Shown here: positions 35,494-49,256 of the stretch, piece by piece
How positions within the stretch are numbered: the first letter of the stretch is position 1
Layout: each line of letters starts with the position of its first letter
NCBI GenBank assembly: GCA_012026655.1
Contig: JAAILG010000357.1
Coordinates: forward strand, 1 to 64,000
Direction: 5' to 3'
DNA length: 64,000 nucleotides
From: Hydrolagus affinis
Taxonomy: Eukaryota
Made by a program: the position numbers and the translations under genes
Notes under the pieces: model-generated
Told to the model about the DNA's origin: nothing
Seen by the model: only the letters and a program-made list of their open reading frames with translations
The model's database searches: none

Positions 35494-37018
35494 TAGATCC
35501 AGATTGCTTCTGTTTGAAAATGTAGCTCATAATCATGTGTCTTACACAAAAAATAATCAACTCCAGCATTGGTGCACTTAAAAGAAAATGTTTCACAGAT
35601 GTTTATTGAACTGAAATCCATTGGTATTATCTGCATTTCATGAACAGCTGGTATTATCTGCTTTTCACAGTTCAGAGCTGTGTTGCATTAAGAATGTCTT
35701 TTTGCAGAGGTTCAGACATAGTGCATATGCCTTTGTGAATCGGACAGCTCTCATTCATGTTTGGAGTTCATCGGCATTTAAGGGCACTTAGTTAAGGACA
35801 CATCTTTAGGAGTGCGGGGAAAGTGTGTGAGGATTACTTTAATAAGTGCTCTATTCCATCTGTCTGTGCTGATCTCCACTAGTCCAGCATTTGACGCAGG
35901 TTACAAATGCTGTGCAGCATAGAGCATTGCACCACGAGCAATTCTGTAGTTATGGAACTCAATAATAGCTGAAACCTCTAAAGGGTTGTTTGCAGATGAA
36001 TGGTAGGTTTATGTATCAAATTCTACGCGGAATGATTGTCTCATTCAGTAGATAGTTGCCATTACATCACTTGGATATTTCTCTATATTGAATTAATTTT
36101 CATGTTGGAGCTGAAAAGTTACTGTATACCTCGTAAGACATAAATTCTTAACTTAGCTACATGGACAATGAAAATGAATTGCCTAACCGATACAATTGTT
36201 TGTGAGTAAGACAAATTCACAGTTTTTTAATGGCTGAAATTCTACATTGCTCACAAAAGAAATAGGGCAAATAACAAATCCAATTATGATCTGTATATAT
36301 CAGCAACATTGCATACATATTGTATGCTCCAACTGACTGCATGCAAACACTGTGAATTAGGCTGCACACAGTAATTAATGGGCTATTCTGTTAAAAGGAA
36401 ATGCTGTTCAGCCTTCAATTCATCCTTCACATTATCCAAAATGTTTTTTCCTTAATGGAAACAATTGGCCAAAGGGAATGCTTTGGCTTTCATTCGTTTA
36501 TCTCCATTGAGAGACTTCTGCTGCATTGCTGCATTTGTTTTGTGGAACGCAATGTGTTTGCAGTCAACCACACATCAATTTTATGTGGGCGGCGTGTAGA
36601 TAATTGAATACACTCATTGAGACCGGTTTTCAGAATTGGATTTGATGTTTGTGGATGAAAAGATGTTCAGACATTGATGGGGGAAATGGAGAAGGCCACT
36701 CAGAGGTTACTAGTCACAAATGAGGATGCAGACACTTCATGTCCTGGTGCAGATATGCAGCTAGATTATTATAAAAAGAAATGTGTTGGATACTGCACCT
36801 TATCACCTCGGCGAAACATCCCAAACTGCTTCAAAACAAAACTTCAAAGCTTCAAACCACATGCAAAGCGTTTCATAGGGCTTCAAAAGAGTAGCCCGAG
36901 AGGTTAGGTGGTCTCGTGGAGAATGTGGAGAGGCGAAATGCCCACAAATGCAGCGCTCTTCACATGGGTTAGTGTCTCAGAGTGCTGAATCTCAAGATTG
37001 TTTTCAGTTAAAACCAGT

Positions 37019-37270
37019 GACAACAACAACAAAAACACATTGCATTTGTATAGCGCCTTCCATGTCTGGAGGAAGTCACAAAGCGCTCAACAGTCAAGGA
37101 TGTGTATCCGAACCGGGGCTTAGCATCAAGAGGGGTGGAGGGCAGCGAGGGTTAATGTAGGAGGGTGACTGGAGGCCCAGTAGAAGAGGAAGGTTTTGAG
37201 ATGGTTTTTGAAGGAGATAGGGGAGGGGGCAAGGTGAAGGGTGACCTCTTTGAGCGACTTGTGTGTCAGT
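37019..37270 (-). mobile_element. L2 3' end fragment
   Basis: (AAC)n tgcatttgtatagcgcc..aagcgctc; minus strand encodes SFKNHLKTFLF (L2 ORF2 end). Confidence 0.8.
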
Positions 37271-38034
37271 GGTCTGGTACATTTTAAGAAGAAACAAAAC
37301 CATAGATCTCTAGCATCGGAAACAAAGCGAACCACTGACCTACATAAAACAGTCTGTGTAACAACACTTCAAAGTGATCTATTGTGTGAAATGCTTTGAG
37401 ATATTTCAACATGATAATGCACTGTATCAAATGCGTTATTATCAGGCCCGGCAAAGTATGCGGCAAGGTTACAAGGGGCAATTTTCATAGTTTGTCCACA
37501 TAAGGAGTTATGAAGCGTGATATGGAGAGATCCGGCAGATAAACATGTTGAGGCTTAATTGTGATGGTTCCTAATTTCATACTTTTTTTAAAATGACATA
37601 TTAGTTTGTATCGATGTTACACTTCATTGAATGCCCTTGATGTGGACAAGATATTAAGGCTTTAATCCAACAACAGACACAAACATCATTGCAGAGTCGT
37701 TTCAAACCATTCTACAAAGCTTTGCATGGTGAGCCTATATTTGGATTCCAGTTTATATACCGCCTCTCCAGCACTTACATCAAACTGTTTCTTATCTATG
37801 TCTGGCTTCCTGACGTTGGCTACTCTATCTAGTTACTGTGTGTCAGCTAATAATTATTTTCTACGCCAAGAAATATTTCCTGGTCTTCACCATGACATGT
37901 CCCTTCAAATTCCTTCAAGTGCACCCTCTTGTCCAGATGCACTAACACATCACTCTATCTCAATCTGAAAATGACTAACCCACCTCAAACACTGTCAGAC
38001 ACTTCAATAACTTTAGGACACGGAGCATTAGGTC

Positions 38035-38295
38035 TAAGCCTGTCCTGGTTGGTAGCACTCTCACCTTTGAGTTGGAGGGTTGTGAGTTGGAACCCCACAT
38101 CACAACATAATCTAAGATGAGACTCCAATGGGCAGTACCTACATTAAATGCGATGAGATCCTATCTGGTCCTATTCAGGTTAATCCTAAACATCCCGTGG
38201 TGATGTTCGATAAAAGGAGGGAGTTAGTCCCCGTGTCCTGACCACCAATCATTCGGATTAAATCAATCATTCACTTCATGACTGTTTGTGGCGAT
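38035..38295 (+). mobile_element. older DeuSINE
   Basis: ggttggtagcactctcacctttgagttggagggttgtgagtt..gggagttagtccccgtgtcctgacc..actgtttgtgg. Confidence 0.75.
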
Positions 38296-39306
38296 CAGGA
38301 GAATCAAGTCATTCATTCTCTTTGTGATTTGAACCAAGTGCCTATTTTGCCCCAACCATGCAGTTTGTCTCTTGGACTGGGGCTGTGAATCCCCTTACCA
38401 ACTGTTGCAGAGGGTAAGGGTCTTGTATATGTCCCCGAGTCAGGTACGAGTGTTTCTCTTGATTAAGCCTTTGCAAAAGCAGTTAAAAGTATGTCTGCTT
38501 GAACCTAGTAGCCATTTAATGCTGTACATGTATATGTTGAATGTTGAGTATGTACACTTTACATGGGGAATAACGCATTATTTGGTTAGTGACCACAGAT
38601 GATAATGGGTAATGACAGATATAGACAACAGTTGAGGCTGGAGAGGAAAAAGCACTCTCTCAGTTGCCTAAGTAATACATTCCAGCCTAAATCTCTAAAG
38701 AGCAGCTTCAGTGACACTTCCCGACACTTCTATTTTTATTGTTTCATTGAACAACCCGCTGAATTTGTGTTACCACACCACAGATGCAGAGGAAGTGGGA
38801 AGAACCAATAAATCTGCAGCAAACAACTCCCAATAACACTTGTTGTCTGTGCTCCGATTCGCTTAACTGAAGCGCGGGGTTGTTATGCAAATTGAAAATA
38901 TCATCCGCAATTATAACAATGATAAAAAAAAAACTTTGCACTTAGCAACTGTTTGAGACGTCTCAAAGTGCTGCACAGAATACACTGTTGTGTTTTGTGG
39001 GCGAAGGACACCAAGTCGAAATTCAGTGGAATGATTTAACATTTTGTTGATATCCAGAGTTTGGAGCTTTGGAAGGAATTCTCGGCCAAGGGTCAGGTTA
39101 CATAACAGACATCGTGCCACTGGACACTGCTCCCTGACTCCCCCAATCAAAACATCCTTCTGTGGAGATATGAAGAGCGCAGAGTTCCAGGACAGGACTG
39201 AAGCGTGTAGATCACGTTGATGGAGAGACTCAACGAGATGAGACAACCAGATCCTGTGGTGCTGCAAAATATTTAGTTCTTCCCTTATTACACGTGAGCA
39301 CATGGG

Positions 39307-39600
39307 TGATATAGCGCTTTTCATGTCTTCTAGATGTCTCAAGGCGCTTCACAGAATACTGTATACTGTAAAGTGAATTGACTGTATATTTGTGGGTGGA
39401 AAGCGGCAGCCAATTGTGCACAGCGGTGTCCCACAAACAGTCGTGGATTGGAATGACCAATGTTTATTATAGGGTTTTTTTGGACGGATTATTATTAGGC
39501 GTGTGGAATAAAGAAACTTGCCCAAGGTTTCACCCTGACCTGCCTGGACTCGAAATCACGTTTGTAAGGTGAGTGCTCTAACCACTGAGCTACAGGATTC
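39307..39600 (-). mobile_element. young SINE, short variant
   Basis: gatatagcgcttttcatgtcttctagatgtctc ... gtgctctaaccactgagctacagga. Confidence 0.95.
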
Positions 39601-40974
39601 TACAGCGGTCAGCAGAGCTTGGGTAGAACTATTAGTTTAAAGTACATGAGGCTGCTAAATCAAGATCAAAACAATATTGCTTCAACAGAAAAATGCTCCC
39701 AGTCAGTCTAAATACTGAGTCCCAGAGGATCAAAAACAATGGCCCAATGTACAATACTGCTGGGTTAAGTCTGTGCCAACTATACTTTTTCCTGTGTTAT
39801 ACAATACAATACACAATTCATGCACCGTGCCTGTCACGTCAGGAGGACGTCCTCAGTTTGACCACATTTCAATAGTTGTTTTGGACTGCTGGCAGCTTTC
39901 CCTTCCATTAACACCCTGAGAAAAAGGGTCAACCATTACAGCTGTAGTTGGGAAAATTCGCATTAAACTTCTGAACTTGTATAGATTCAGAAGACTTCTC
40001 ACAGACTATCACGTTAAGGGGGAGTAATTAGATTCATCAACCACGCTGGAGGCACATTGTATTTCTTCTTATAAATGTCTGACCCGTCACTCACCGGCTC
40101 CTAAACTCCTTTTGTACCCTATGGCGATACAAGTAGGTTCAATCCCTTTTTGAAAGAATTTACATCTTTAGAGCCCTCTAAACTAGTCAGCAATATATTC
40201 TAAGCGCTCGCTCGGCTTGCAGCATCTGTACTTTAACGGTGCGCTTTGCTCTATTACAGCGCTGTGGTATATTCCTCTCGTTATTTTAATCATGCCGTCA
40301 CCAGTTTTTCATCTCAATGCGAAGATCCAGTTCCATTTGCCTGGTATTAGATCACCACAACCTCATACACCAGTGAGCCTTGCAAGTGTTCGGGATCAAA
40401 AAATTAACCCAGCACATCCACAAAGCATTGTGTTGAACCAATATGTTTCTGATTTTACATTTCACATTTCTGTGAAAGGGACCTTCTATTCATTATGTGT
40501 AATTAATAATCTTATATTACATGTTCAAAGGCTACAGCTGCTCACAATCCCTTTCTTCTCTCTGCTTTCATTAAACGTGTGATATTTCAACGTCTAGTGC
40601 AATTGTATTTGTTACTGTAAGCATTACATTGCCAGTTATGCATATTAAACCTTATTTGCCAGTGGTGACTGCAACTTACTGACCCTTCAGATGCTTTAAA
40701 ATAACATGTGCTCCGCCAATGCATTTTGGCTTTTCAATTAATTTGATACTATGAGTGAATTTGGAAATATTCTGCTTTTGAATTCTCACATCTCAGAGCT
40801 TTGATGCAGTCTCATCCAAAGATTTGCTTATGCAGAAATCACTTCATCCCCCGCTCAAATTGATATTTCTCAATTAAAACTCCTTCTCCTGCTATTCAAT
40901 CAGTTTTCGATCCATTTGCGCTGTCTCCGCTTATCTCTCCTTGTTTCACTATGAGCATCTCAGGGAATAAAAGT

Positions 40975-41290
40975 CAGCTCAGAAGAGCACCCGCTTTGCA
41001 TGCTGCCTGAGTTGGGCAAGTTTCCGTACTTCACATACCTCTGTTTACCTAGCAGTAAGTAGGAATCCGGCTGTTAGTCGATTGGTGGACGGCGTTTCCG
41101 GGGTAATAATTCCTTTTAAAAAAAAATTGTAGTTTTGTTTATAGAACCATTGTTTATGGAACAAGGCTGTGCGCAATTGGCTGCCGCTTTTTGCCCACAA
41201 ATCATATGATAAATTCACATGACAGTATATTCTGTGAGATGTCTTGAAGATGTGATAAGGGACTATATCAAATGCAAGGATCATTATTGT
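40975..41290 (+). mobile_element. SINE, long variant
   Basis: ttgggcaagtttcc..cctctgtttacctagcagtaagtaggaatccggctgttagtcgattggtgga..tatatcaaatgcaagg. Confidence 0.85.
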
Positions 41291-41749
41291 CATAGTACTT
41301 ACATTTATATAGGCCACTTGACAAAGCTAGATGTGCCGAAGGGAAAATCAAATGCCTGGGAGTTGTTCACGTTTGCTACACATGCTGAATTTAAAACAAC
41401 GAAAATCCTTGACGTTACCTCTAGCCGTACAAATGTTCCTGCTTACTGCGATGAGCAAAATCACTCTTATGCAGTGAAATATAAGTGAGAAACTGGCAGC
41501 TAAAACATGACAGACTTCAACTGCTGACATCTGTAACTTGGTTTGTCCATCAGTATCCTGCTCTTCTAATGTTAAAAGCCTTGAAGTGTGAAGAAGCATT
41601 TACAAGACAGTTAGCAGTTCCTAAAGTCAGTTTTTTGAGTAAGGAATGTGTACGTCAAAATCCTGACATGTGGCTTGAACCCACAACCTCCTGACTCAGA
41701 TCTGAGGGAACATTGCAACTGAGCCTGGCTGAGCGTGCGTGATAGATAC

Positions 41750-42010
41750 TATAATAATAATCTTGGCATCTGATATAGCGCGTTGTCATGTCTATGAGAC
41801 ATCTCAAAGCGCTTCACAGCAATCACTATAAAGAGCGGTGTATTTTGTAGACGAAACGCGGCAGTCAATTGCGCACAGCAGTGTCCTACAAACAGTCGTG
41901 GATTGAGTGACCACATTCTTATCATTTCTTTTGGAGGGATTATTGCCCCCGGAAAGTGATCCGCCAATCGACTAACGAGTGGGTTGCTACTTACTGCTAG
42001 GTAAACAGAT
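41750..42010 (-). mobile_element. SINE, long variant, 5'-truncated
   Basis: ccggaaagtgatccgccaatcgactaacg..ctacttactgctaggtaaacag. Confidence 0.85.
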
Positions 42011-43503
42011 AAGTTAATACACAGTACTGTACTTTGGTTTTATTATATTTCAAGCAGATATATAGGGTTCAGTGGAGATATTGATTTTTAGGCTCTGAAG
42101 AAAGCACACATGAGCATAATCACTTTCCAAGCCATCATCAGCTGCATAGCTGAGAATAAAATCTGTATACTTAGTCAGTTTCACGAGCCTTTGGGGACTC
42201 ACTTATTTCCATATGGCAGCTGAGCTTTAAACAGAAATTTGCATGAGACTGAAACCCCTGGAAGGAAGTTTTTAATTGAGAAGCTGTTTGTCAAATATCA
42301 GACCCCATTCACTTGTAAATGTTAGCAACGCAACAACAACACATTACATTTGTATAGCGCCTTTCACTTTGGGAGGGCATCCCAGGGCATCCCAAGGATA
42401 CAAACACTGTTCATGGCAATTACGAATGAATAGTGCAGCGTCAATTAACTGGAGTGAATGCACCTTGAGGAACCATTTCCAATGATCCATTGGATATTCC
42501 AGTGATTTCCAAGGGGGTGGTTCAAGACAAAACACTCATGTTAATCGGCGAGGGGCTAAGTTGGTTGATGCTGTTGCATGACCGGGTCACACTGTTATCA
42601 AGGACCAGAGATATATCGATGTTTCCTTCGCTTATTGGGTAGCATCAGCAAACACAGCGAGAGGCAAGTGCATGAGTTTAACCCTGCTGGTCGCTGCAAG
42701 TAACGGAAGATTGCGAGGATTGCACTGCAGTGCACTGGAACAGGGAAGCTCTGGATTGTCCAGGGCCAAAAACAGCACCTTACATTTATACAAGTGCCCC
42801 TCACGCTGCGTTGCAACACAGAGCCAAAAGCACTCATTAAAAACGCTGCTTTGGAATGTGGCTTTTAACCCTTAAGGCGCGAAAGGCGACGTGAAAGGCG
42901 CTCTAGAAATGTAATTTTATTGTTCTTGTTGTTAAGCGTGCCGGTTCCCAGTGGCTCCCTTTTCGACTTGATGCTTGAACCCAGCGCCCTGAGACACTAC
43001 CCCACGCGGAGGGTGCTGTATACATGTAAGATGTTATTGTTGTCGAACCCATGACCTTCAGACTTGGAGGTGGGAGTGCTGTCAACTGAGCCTGGTAAGG
43101 TACATGCAGGCTCGGTGTTCCACCTGCTGTCAGAATACAAGCCTGACAGTTCTAAGCGCTCAGTCGCAAGCGCTCCGAGACGCCACCCAGCGTGGAGGGC
43201 ACTATATAAAGGCAAAGTGTTGTTGTTCCTCCTGTTGTTGTTCTCTCTCCTCTTGGGTGCTCACTCTCACCAACTGAGGATGACCCACAGTGGGAGACAG
43301 CTCCAGATGCCAGATGATTGCCCATCAACTCGCTTCCACCTGTCTCCGCACACAAGCTTTCTGTCACCATAGAAACACCCCCCTGTAGCTCCGTGCTGCA
43401 TTCGGATTCATCTCTTTCTCATTTTTTCAGCAATTCTGAAAAGGTCCGGCCACATACACAAACCAAACAGGAATTCTCCACTTTCTATCCAATATTAGGA
43501 CGC

Positions 43504-43802
43504 GTGGAGTCCTGTAAACTCGGTGGTTCAAACACTCGCCTTGCAGGCGAGGGACCTGGGTTCGATTCCAGGCAGGGTGAAGCCTTGGGTAAGTTTCCTA
43601 ACTCCACATACCCAATAATAATCACTTGGAAAACAAAATTGGTCATTTCAATCCGCGATTGCTTGTGGGACACTGCTGTGCGCAATTGGCTGCCGCCCAC
43701 AAATACACAGTCAATTCACTTTACAATGTCTGTGAAGTGCTTTGAGACATCTAGAAGACATCAAAAGCCCGATATCAAATGCAAGGATTATTAATATTAT
43801 TA
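43504..43802 (+). mobile_element. full-length young SINE
   Basis: gtggagtcctgta..gggttcgattcc..gcaaggattatt. Confidence 0.95.
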
Positions 43803-43921
43803 GTCTGCACAGCAGCATACACACACGCACTCACACAGATGCATTAGAAAGTAGGGCATATCAGAGCCCATTTTTAAAGAAGAACATTCTGCCAAATGTG
43901 TTGATGGTCGGGTGGTTATAT

Positions 43922-44213
43922 TAATAATAATAATCCTTGAATTTGATATAGCGCTTTTCACTTCTTCTAAATGTCTCAAAGCGCTTCACAGAATATACTG
44001 TAAAGTGAACTGACTGTATATTAATGGGCAAAACGCGGCAGCCAATTGCGCACAGCAGTGTCCCACAAACAGTTGTGGATTGAAATGATCATTTTTATTA
44101 TTGTGTGTGTGTTTTTTTTTAAAGGGATTATTGTTAGGCCTGTGGTTTCGCCCTGACCTGCCTGGATTCTCACACTTGTAAGGCGAGCGCTCTAACCACT
44201 GAGCTACAGGACT
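43922..44213 (-). mobile_element. near full-length young SINE, inverted relative to 43504-43802
   Basis: (AAT)n ccttgaatttgatatagcgc ... ctctaaccactgagctacaggact. Confidence 0.95.
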
Positions 44214-44439
44214 GTAAAGATGAGATCAAATGGGCCAAAGTATCCCAACTCATCTTGTGACTATATGAAAGGCAGTTCCCGACCTTGGAGCTGAGGTGAG
44301 GTTCATTGTTACAGGGTTTCAGAACGTCACAAGAGAGGTTTGGATGAAGAAGGCTCTTTAGCCCATTAGAATTAATGCTTTCAGAGTACACTGGCGACCA
44401 CATGCTGTGTTATAGATAGGACCTAACATTGGTCCTGAC

Positions 44440-44742
44440 CATGTGCGCAATTGGCTGCTGCGTTTCGCCCTCAAAATACACCGTCAAATTCACTTTTATA
44501 GTATACTGTTTATATAGTAAGCGTTCAGAGATATCTCAACGACATGATGAAGCGCTATATCGAATGCAAGGATTATTATTCTTATAATCCTGCTTGTGGG
44601 ACACTGCTGTGTGCAATTGGCTGCCGCGTTTCTCCCACAAATATACAGTCAATTCACTTTACAGTACATTCTGTGAAGTGCTTTGTCTAGAACATGTGAA
44701 AATTGCTATATCAAATGCAAGGATTATCATTATTATCATTAT
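44440..44742 (+). mobile_element. two tandem SINE 3' halves
   Basis: gtgcgcaattggctgc..gcaaggattattatt followed by ttgtgggacactgctgtgtgcaattggctgcc..gcaaggattatcatt. Confidence 0.85.
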
Positions 44743-45389
44743 GAATACTGTATAATTATCTGCGTGACAGTATCTGAGGCGAAAAACAAGAGGATTGCAT
44801 TATAATGTATGTCGCATGATTAACTACGGAATGAATCTCTTTTTCCCATGATATTTATTTTCCCAGTGTTATCTTTTACATTTTTAAGACTCTCTCCCGA
44901 ATACATGCAATTTTAATTGAATGATTTTAATAACTCACTGCTTAAATATTATTCGCTCCAGGCTATGTTTCTGAAATTCCACAGGTTCAGTGGAATTGCC
45001 TTCGGCTGCTTTCCTACTCAATTTATTGGGACACACAGACGAGTAAGCAAAGGTTTATGTCCCTCCCCCCCACACCCATAGGAAACAGCCAACATCTGAG
45101 AGGATCACAAAACTGCAGTTAAAGAAATGGGAATCCAAGGCTATTTTTCAAACCAGAGAATGAAACGTCAGCAGTTTGTGAAGGTATCGGAAGACTTTTG
45201 AATCGGAGACAGCCTTGTAATAATTGCCTGTTCTTTTTGTGAAAGCCTCTGACAGGCAAGATCTTGAGAGAGAGAGAGAAAGGAAAAAAAATACTTTTCA
45301 CCAAGTTTAAGATCACAAAAAATGTCCCATCGTGGTGTGTCAGTATCGGACACCAAATGAAGATCTGTAGGTTTGGCTTCGTTGGTTCA

Positions 45390-45562
45390 CATAATAATCT
45401 TTGCATTTGATGTACGATCACGTCGTTGGGACGTCTCAAAGCGCTTCACGGCATGTACTGCAAAGTGGATTGTCCGTGTATCTTGTCAGTGAAACACAGA
45501 ACCCAATTGTGCACAGCAATGTCCCACAAACAGCCATGGAGCCAGTGACCAACTTTATCTGG
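45390..45562 (-). mobile_element. SINE 3' fragment
   Basis: aatctttgcatttgatg..acgtctcaaagcgcttcac..ccaattgtgcacagcaatgtcccacaaacag. Confidence 0.8.
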
Positions 45563-46397
45563 GGAACTAATTAATAATAATATATAATAAACAAGAATAA
45601 TTAATAAACAATAAGTAACCACAAACAAACACTGCACGTGTTTCTTTTTTTCTGTTAAAATAGCGTGAGAACAGGAGAGTCACCACATTTGCTCAGTTTG
45701 AGAATTAAAACATTTTCCTTCATAAAGCAACTACGTTAGTAACTGCTGGCAAAAACAGTACTTCCATTCTGTGTTAAATGTGCAATGGAGTGCAATATTG
45801 GTGGCAGTGTGCACAATGAAAGTTGGCATTAAATAATAATTCCCACAATCAAATTAATTTAACATTTGCTCGTGCTGAAATTTCAAACATCTATGAGTAT
45901 CAATTGTGATAGGAATAATGTTCCCTCTACATTATATCAAACAGACAGGCCTTTAGTAGAGTTTAACCTGGGAGCTGTCACTTTATGGATGAGGCATTTG
46001 CCTGTCCAGGTAGATTTTAAAGATCTAAGGCACTATCCGAAAAGGGAAGCGAGCCTCAAACAAAATTGATCATTCACTTTGTGGCTGTTTGTGGGATGGT
46101 GCTGTTTGCAGAGGGACTGCTGCATTCGTCTATAAAAAACTGTCACCACACTTTACAGCAAGTCTTGGGAAGAGCTTTGAGACTTCCTCCCGACACAACA
46201 GACACTATATTAAGTGCAAGAACGTTTTATTATTGTTCCATTTATCCAGGCTGAGTGGGCCCTGAGGACAACTTTGTTATGTGTATAAAATAGACATCAG
46301 GCCCAGTCCTGATATAACAGACAACCAGACGACATACAGATGATGGGCTCCCCCATTCCAAGAAGATCTCCAGAGGGAAAAGCTTTGCATAAACATT

Positions 46398-46450
46398 CCT
46401 GATCTTCAAATAGCACCTAATCTTCAAATACTCCCTGATCTTCAAACATG
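46398..46450. repeat. 18-bp tandem repeat, about 3 copies
   Basis: cctgatcttcaaatagca / cctaatcttcaaatactc / cctgatcttcaaacatga. Confidence 0.85.
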
Positions 46451-46532
46451 AATAAAGCAAAATATGCTTCAGAAATATTTATTCATCCTCCCTCCTGTAT
46501 CTCCTGAGATTTGTTCTGACCTGCTACCCTTG

Positions 46533-46815
46533 ATTAATAATAATCGTTGCATTTGGTATAGCGCGTTTCATGTCTTCTAGACGTCTCAAAACGGTTTACA
46601 GAATATACTGTAAATTGAATTGACTTTATATTTGTGGGTGAAATGCGGCAGCCAATTGCGCACATCAGTTACCCACAAACCGCCGTGGATTGAAATGACT
46701 AATTTATTATTGTTTTTTTTGAGGGATAATTATTCGGTGGGTGGAGTAAGGAAACTTGCCTGGATTCGAACACAGGGCTCACGCTTGCAACGCGAGTGCT
46801 CTAACCAATGAGCTG
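46533..46815 (-). mobile_element. young SINE
   Basis: Tail through to ggattcgaacacagggctcacgcttgcaacgcgagtgctctaacca. Confidence 0.9.
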
Positions 46816-49084
46816 ATTAACTGCACTCCTCTCATCCCTTCCTCATTCTTTGGCTCAGCAGAAGGCTGTCCGAGGGGGTGTTTGCTGATCTGAGCAACAA
46901 CCATTGTATCTGTTCCTTCATTAACCGCTATTCCCAGCTGACACACAACTTGATTTGCTGATGTGGTCACTGAATGACATTTTACAACACTGCGTTGGGT
47001 TCACTCCCACACCGTTTTATTTAATAGTCAGGGGTTAGGCAAACTTCAAAAGGTCAGATGCATCATTTAGCTCTGAGGCTGTTGATGTGGCCACCCACCC
47101 ACCCACCCACCCGATCCAGAGCAGCCTCTGTAAATAGCAAGCGGCAACACTGATAAAGATTCTGTCCTGTCAATTCTGTCCTGCCCTGACTGTGACTCAA
47201 CTGAGTAAGCTTCGTCTCTTCTCAATGTGCAGGATTTCAGTAACAAATAATATTATTTTGTACAATGCAAATTTGTTTGCTCAGAATTTAAACCAGAGCA
47301 CAAATCCTATCCCACGCAATGTCATGCATACTGTCTTGAAAGTGAATAAATAATGACTGATTTGTATTCCTGTTGATGTCCTGCTTGTCTTGGCATGTTC
47401 CTATTCAGTATAGTGCTTCGGTTTGGGGCAGAAATAACAACAAAACAACAATAAAATTACATTTGTAGAGCGTCTTTCATGTCAGGAGCCTCATAAAAAG
47501 GCTTATAATAAGAAGAAGAATTACAATAACAACCCTTGCATTTGATTTAACGCCTTTCACATCTTACTTTGAAAGTGCAGGCAATTTGCATACAGCGACG
47601 ACAACAACAACGACGATATTATATCTATATTGAGCCTTTCTCGTCAGGAGGATGTCCCGAGACGGCAATGTCCCACAAACAGCCATGAGCTGCCTTCTCC
47701 TTTCGAATAGCGTGCCTTGGGATCTTTAATATCTACCTGAACAGGCGGATGGGACCAATTCAATTACTGAACCTCCTCATCCATGTTAAACACAGCATTT
47801 CGTGGTGCAGGAATGTCAGCAACGCAGGCGTCATGCAAGAGCTGTCAGGATGTTAACGGTGATTATGTTCTGCAGCTATTTCTGTTGCTGGTTCAACTTC
47901 AACTCGGGACCAATGTCCACTGGGTCAATGAGTATGGTTACTTAACTCATCAACAGCACTTAAAACATTTCCAGGCACCATTGTTCTGCCCGGCAACATA
48001 GACACACACACGCTCCCCAAATTGTCCACAAATACTCTCCCAAACTAGGCTGCTTTGGGTAAAGGTTATGTTTTGCGAAATAACAGAGATGAAACACAAT
48101 AATTACACTGGCTTTTTACTCCCAGCTCTCAAAGTACTTTCAGTGACAAATCATTTCATTTGCTGGATTAAAAAGTGCTTCTATAACGGGAGGTTGATCC
48201 ACCACATCTGATGATTTGGAGACAGTCGGAATTTTTGTCAACAAAAAGTACCGCAACAAAATCCCTTTAGCGCAATAGACTGAATCCATTTGGCAATTGC
48301 TTGTTTGGGCAAAATGTTTTCATTTCACAGTTCAGCAATACATGGTGCATGTTCCCATGCACACTTGAGACAAAGCCAAACAAGGTTATATAACCTGAGA
48401 GGAAACAGCAATTCTGAACTCTTTATTTTCCAAAATTCAGGATGTTGAACCAAACCATCTTTATTTATTCGCATCAGACATAATTTCTCAATAGCACATT
48501 GTGAGTGAACAATGATCATGATCACCATCAGAACGTCAGCAGAATGTACGAATGTATAACACTAGGAGCTGCATTGCTGCATTGCATTTTATACATAGAC
48601 ACCCCCCACTCAGGAAACCTGGAGGTAATAGCAGTAAAGAGAAAAGCTCAATATATTATCTATACTGATGAATAATAATCAAACTCAAATACTCAGCCAA
48701 ATCTTGATGGCTTCAATGCAAATCCAGATTTCCAAGGCAAATAAGAAGCAGCACAAAAGAGACAATGGATCTGGTTTCAAAACTCCCACGTATGTTTCAC
48801 AACAAAGAAAGCTTAGAGGCAGCTACACTGGGATGTGCTAGTCTGGTTTAACAAGTAAGATAGTTATACAAGCTATCGTTAAATGTTAACCAGCAAAATA
48901 TCATTGGAAGGCTTGCTAAACATCTCATATGTATCTGAGAAGGGACAGCTCCAAAGCAAGTTGATGGCTCCTGGCCACAACTCCTAAATGAGTTGAGATG
49001 GTTTTACAATGTTTTAAGATGAACATTACAGAGATGAACGTAGCCAGCTTTCATAGGCTGGATGAAACCCTGGAAGAAACTCTT

Positions 49085-49256
49085 CAACAATGCAATTAAG
49101 AGGAAGCAAGAAATACCCGTGAGGGAGAAGGGATCAGAAGGGTAAGGGTATGGGAAGGGGTAAGGAGTGGAGGGGAGATGCATGCGTGATATAAGCATTG
49201 GCGCAGACTACTTGGGCTAAATGGCCTGTTTCCGTGCTACACAGACTATGTAACTT
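49085..49256 (+). mobile_element. CR1 LINE 3' end
   Basis: gagggagaaggga..ggcgcagactacttgggctaaatggcctgtttccgtgct..ctatgtaac. Confidence 0.7.
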
